Origin: an uncultured Planctomycetota bacterium
GTDB taxonomy: Bacteria > Planctomycetota > Planctomycetia > Pirellulales > Lacipirellulaceae
Direction: 5' to 3'
DNA length: 64,000 bases
NCBI GenBank assembly: GCA_963719315.1
Contig: CAVRBU010000013.1
Span: 32,001-96,000 of the forward strand
Shown: positions 63,783 through 64,000 of the stretch, in pieces
Numbering within the stretch: the first letter of the stretch is position 1
How the letters are laid out: each line of letters starts with the position of its first letter
Program-made: the position numbers and the translations under genes
Notes under the pieces: model-generated
Database searches by the model: none
The model's input: only the letters and a program-made list of their open reading frames with translations
Told to the model about the DNA's origin: nothing

Positions 63783-64000
63783 ATGGGTCGCATATCCTCA
63801 TTTGTCGTATTGTTGCCAAGTCTTGGTTTTGCAACGCTCGCCCGAGCTGAGGTGTCGGCGGCGATTCCTCCTGCGACGACCGAGCAGATTCAACGGACGA
63901 TCGATCGCGCCATCCCCTATCTGCAAACTGAAAGCGCCGCATGGTTGAACACGCGCAAGTGCGCCGCCTGCCATCACGCGGGGATGCCGTTTTGGGCGCT
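63783..64000 (+). CDS. Secreted protein with a CxxCHH motif (probable prenyltransferase/squalene-oxidase-repeat family), 5' part only
   Basis: MGRISSFVVLLPSLGFATLARAE...IDRAIPYLQTESAAWLNTRKCAACHHAGMPFWA; runs off the window edge. Confidence 0.65.
   Translation, partial: MGRISSFVVLLPSLGFATLARAEVSAAIPPATTEQIQRTIDRAIPYLQTESAAWLNTRKCAACHHAGMPFWA

Overview
A 64-kb GC-rich bacterial chromosome segment, most likely from Planctomycetota (Pirellulales). The assignment rests on a PVC-type CxxCH heme protein, PEP-CTERM proteins with a GDYNxNGxVDAAD tail, an HTH-REC regulator and a UDPGP-type pyrophosphorylase. Most of the window is housekeeping (mnmG, clpC, thiE, ruvX, mrp, lpxB, metK, ispF, cysS, ruvC/A/B, mlaEFD, lptF/G), plus a sugar-catabolism cluster at the left end. 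There are three PEP-CTERM genes, one of them cleanly interrupted by an IS630 element. I found no rRNA, tRNA or CRISPR array. About seven single frameshifts, one in the essential cysS, point to assembly indel errors. Main observations: (1) REP-like palindromic elements of four different families sit in frame inside mnmG, ruvC, cysS and an AAA+ regulator, and two of these families also have intergenic copies in the window; (2) a 36-aa Lys-rich, histone-H1-like ORF missing from the ORF track has a strong RBS and a structured leader containing a terminator-like hairpin; (3) a squalene-hopene-cyclase-like protein lacking the DXDD motif lies downstream of a two-component system; (4) CysRS has a duplicated C-terminal domain; (5) many gene junctions carry inverted 7-mer or 9-mer microsatellite arms. 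All calls come from reading the sequence; no searches were run.
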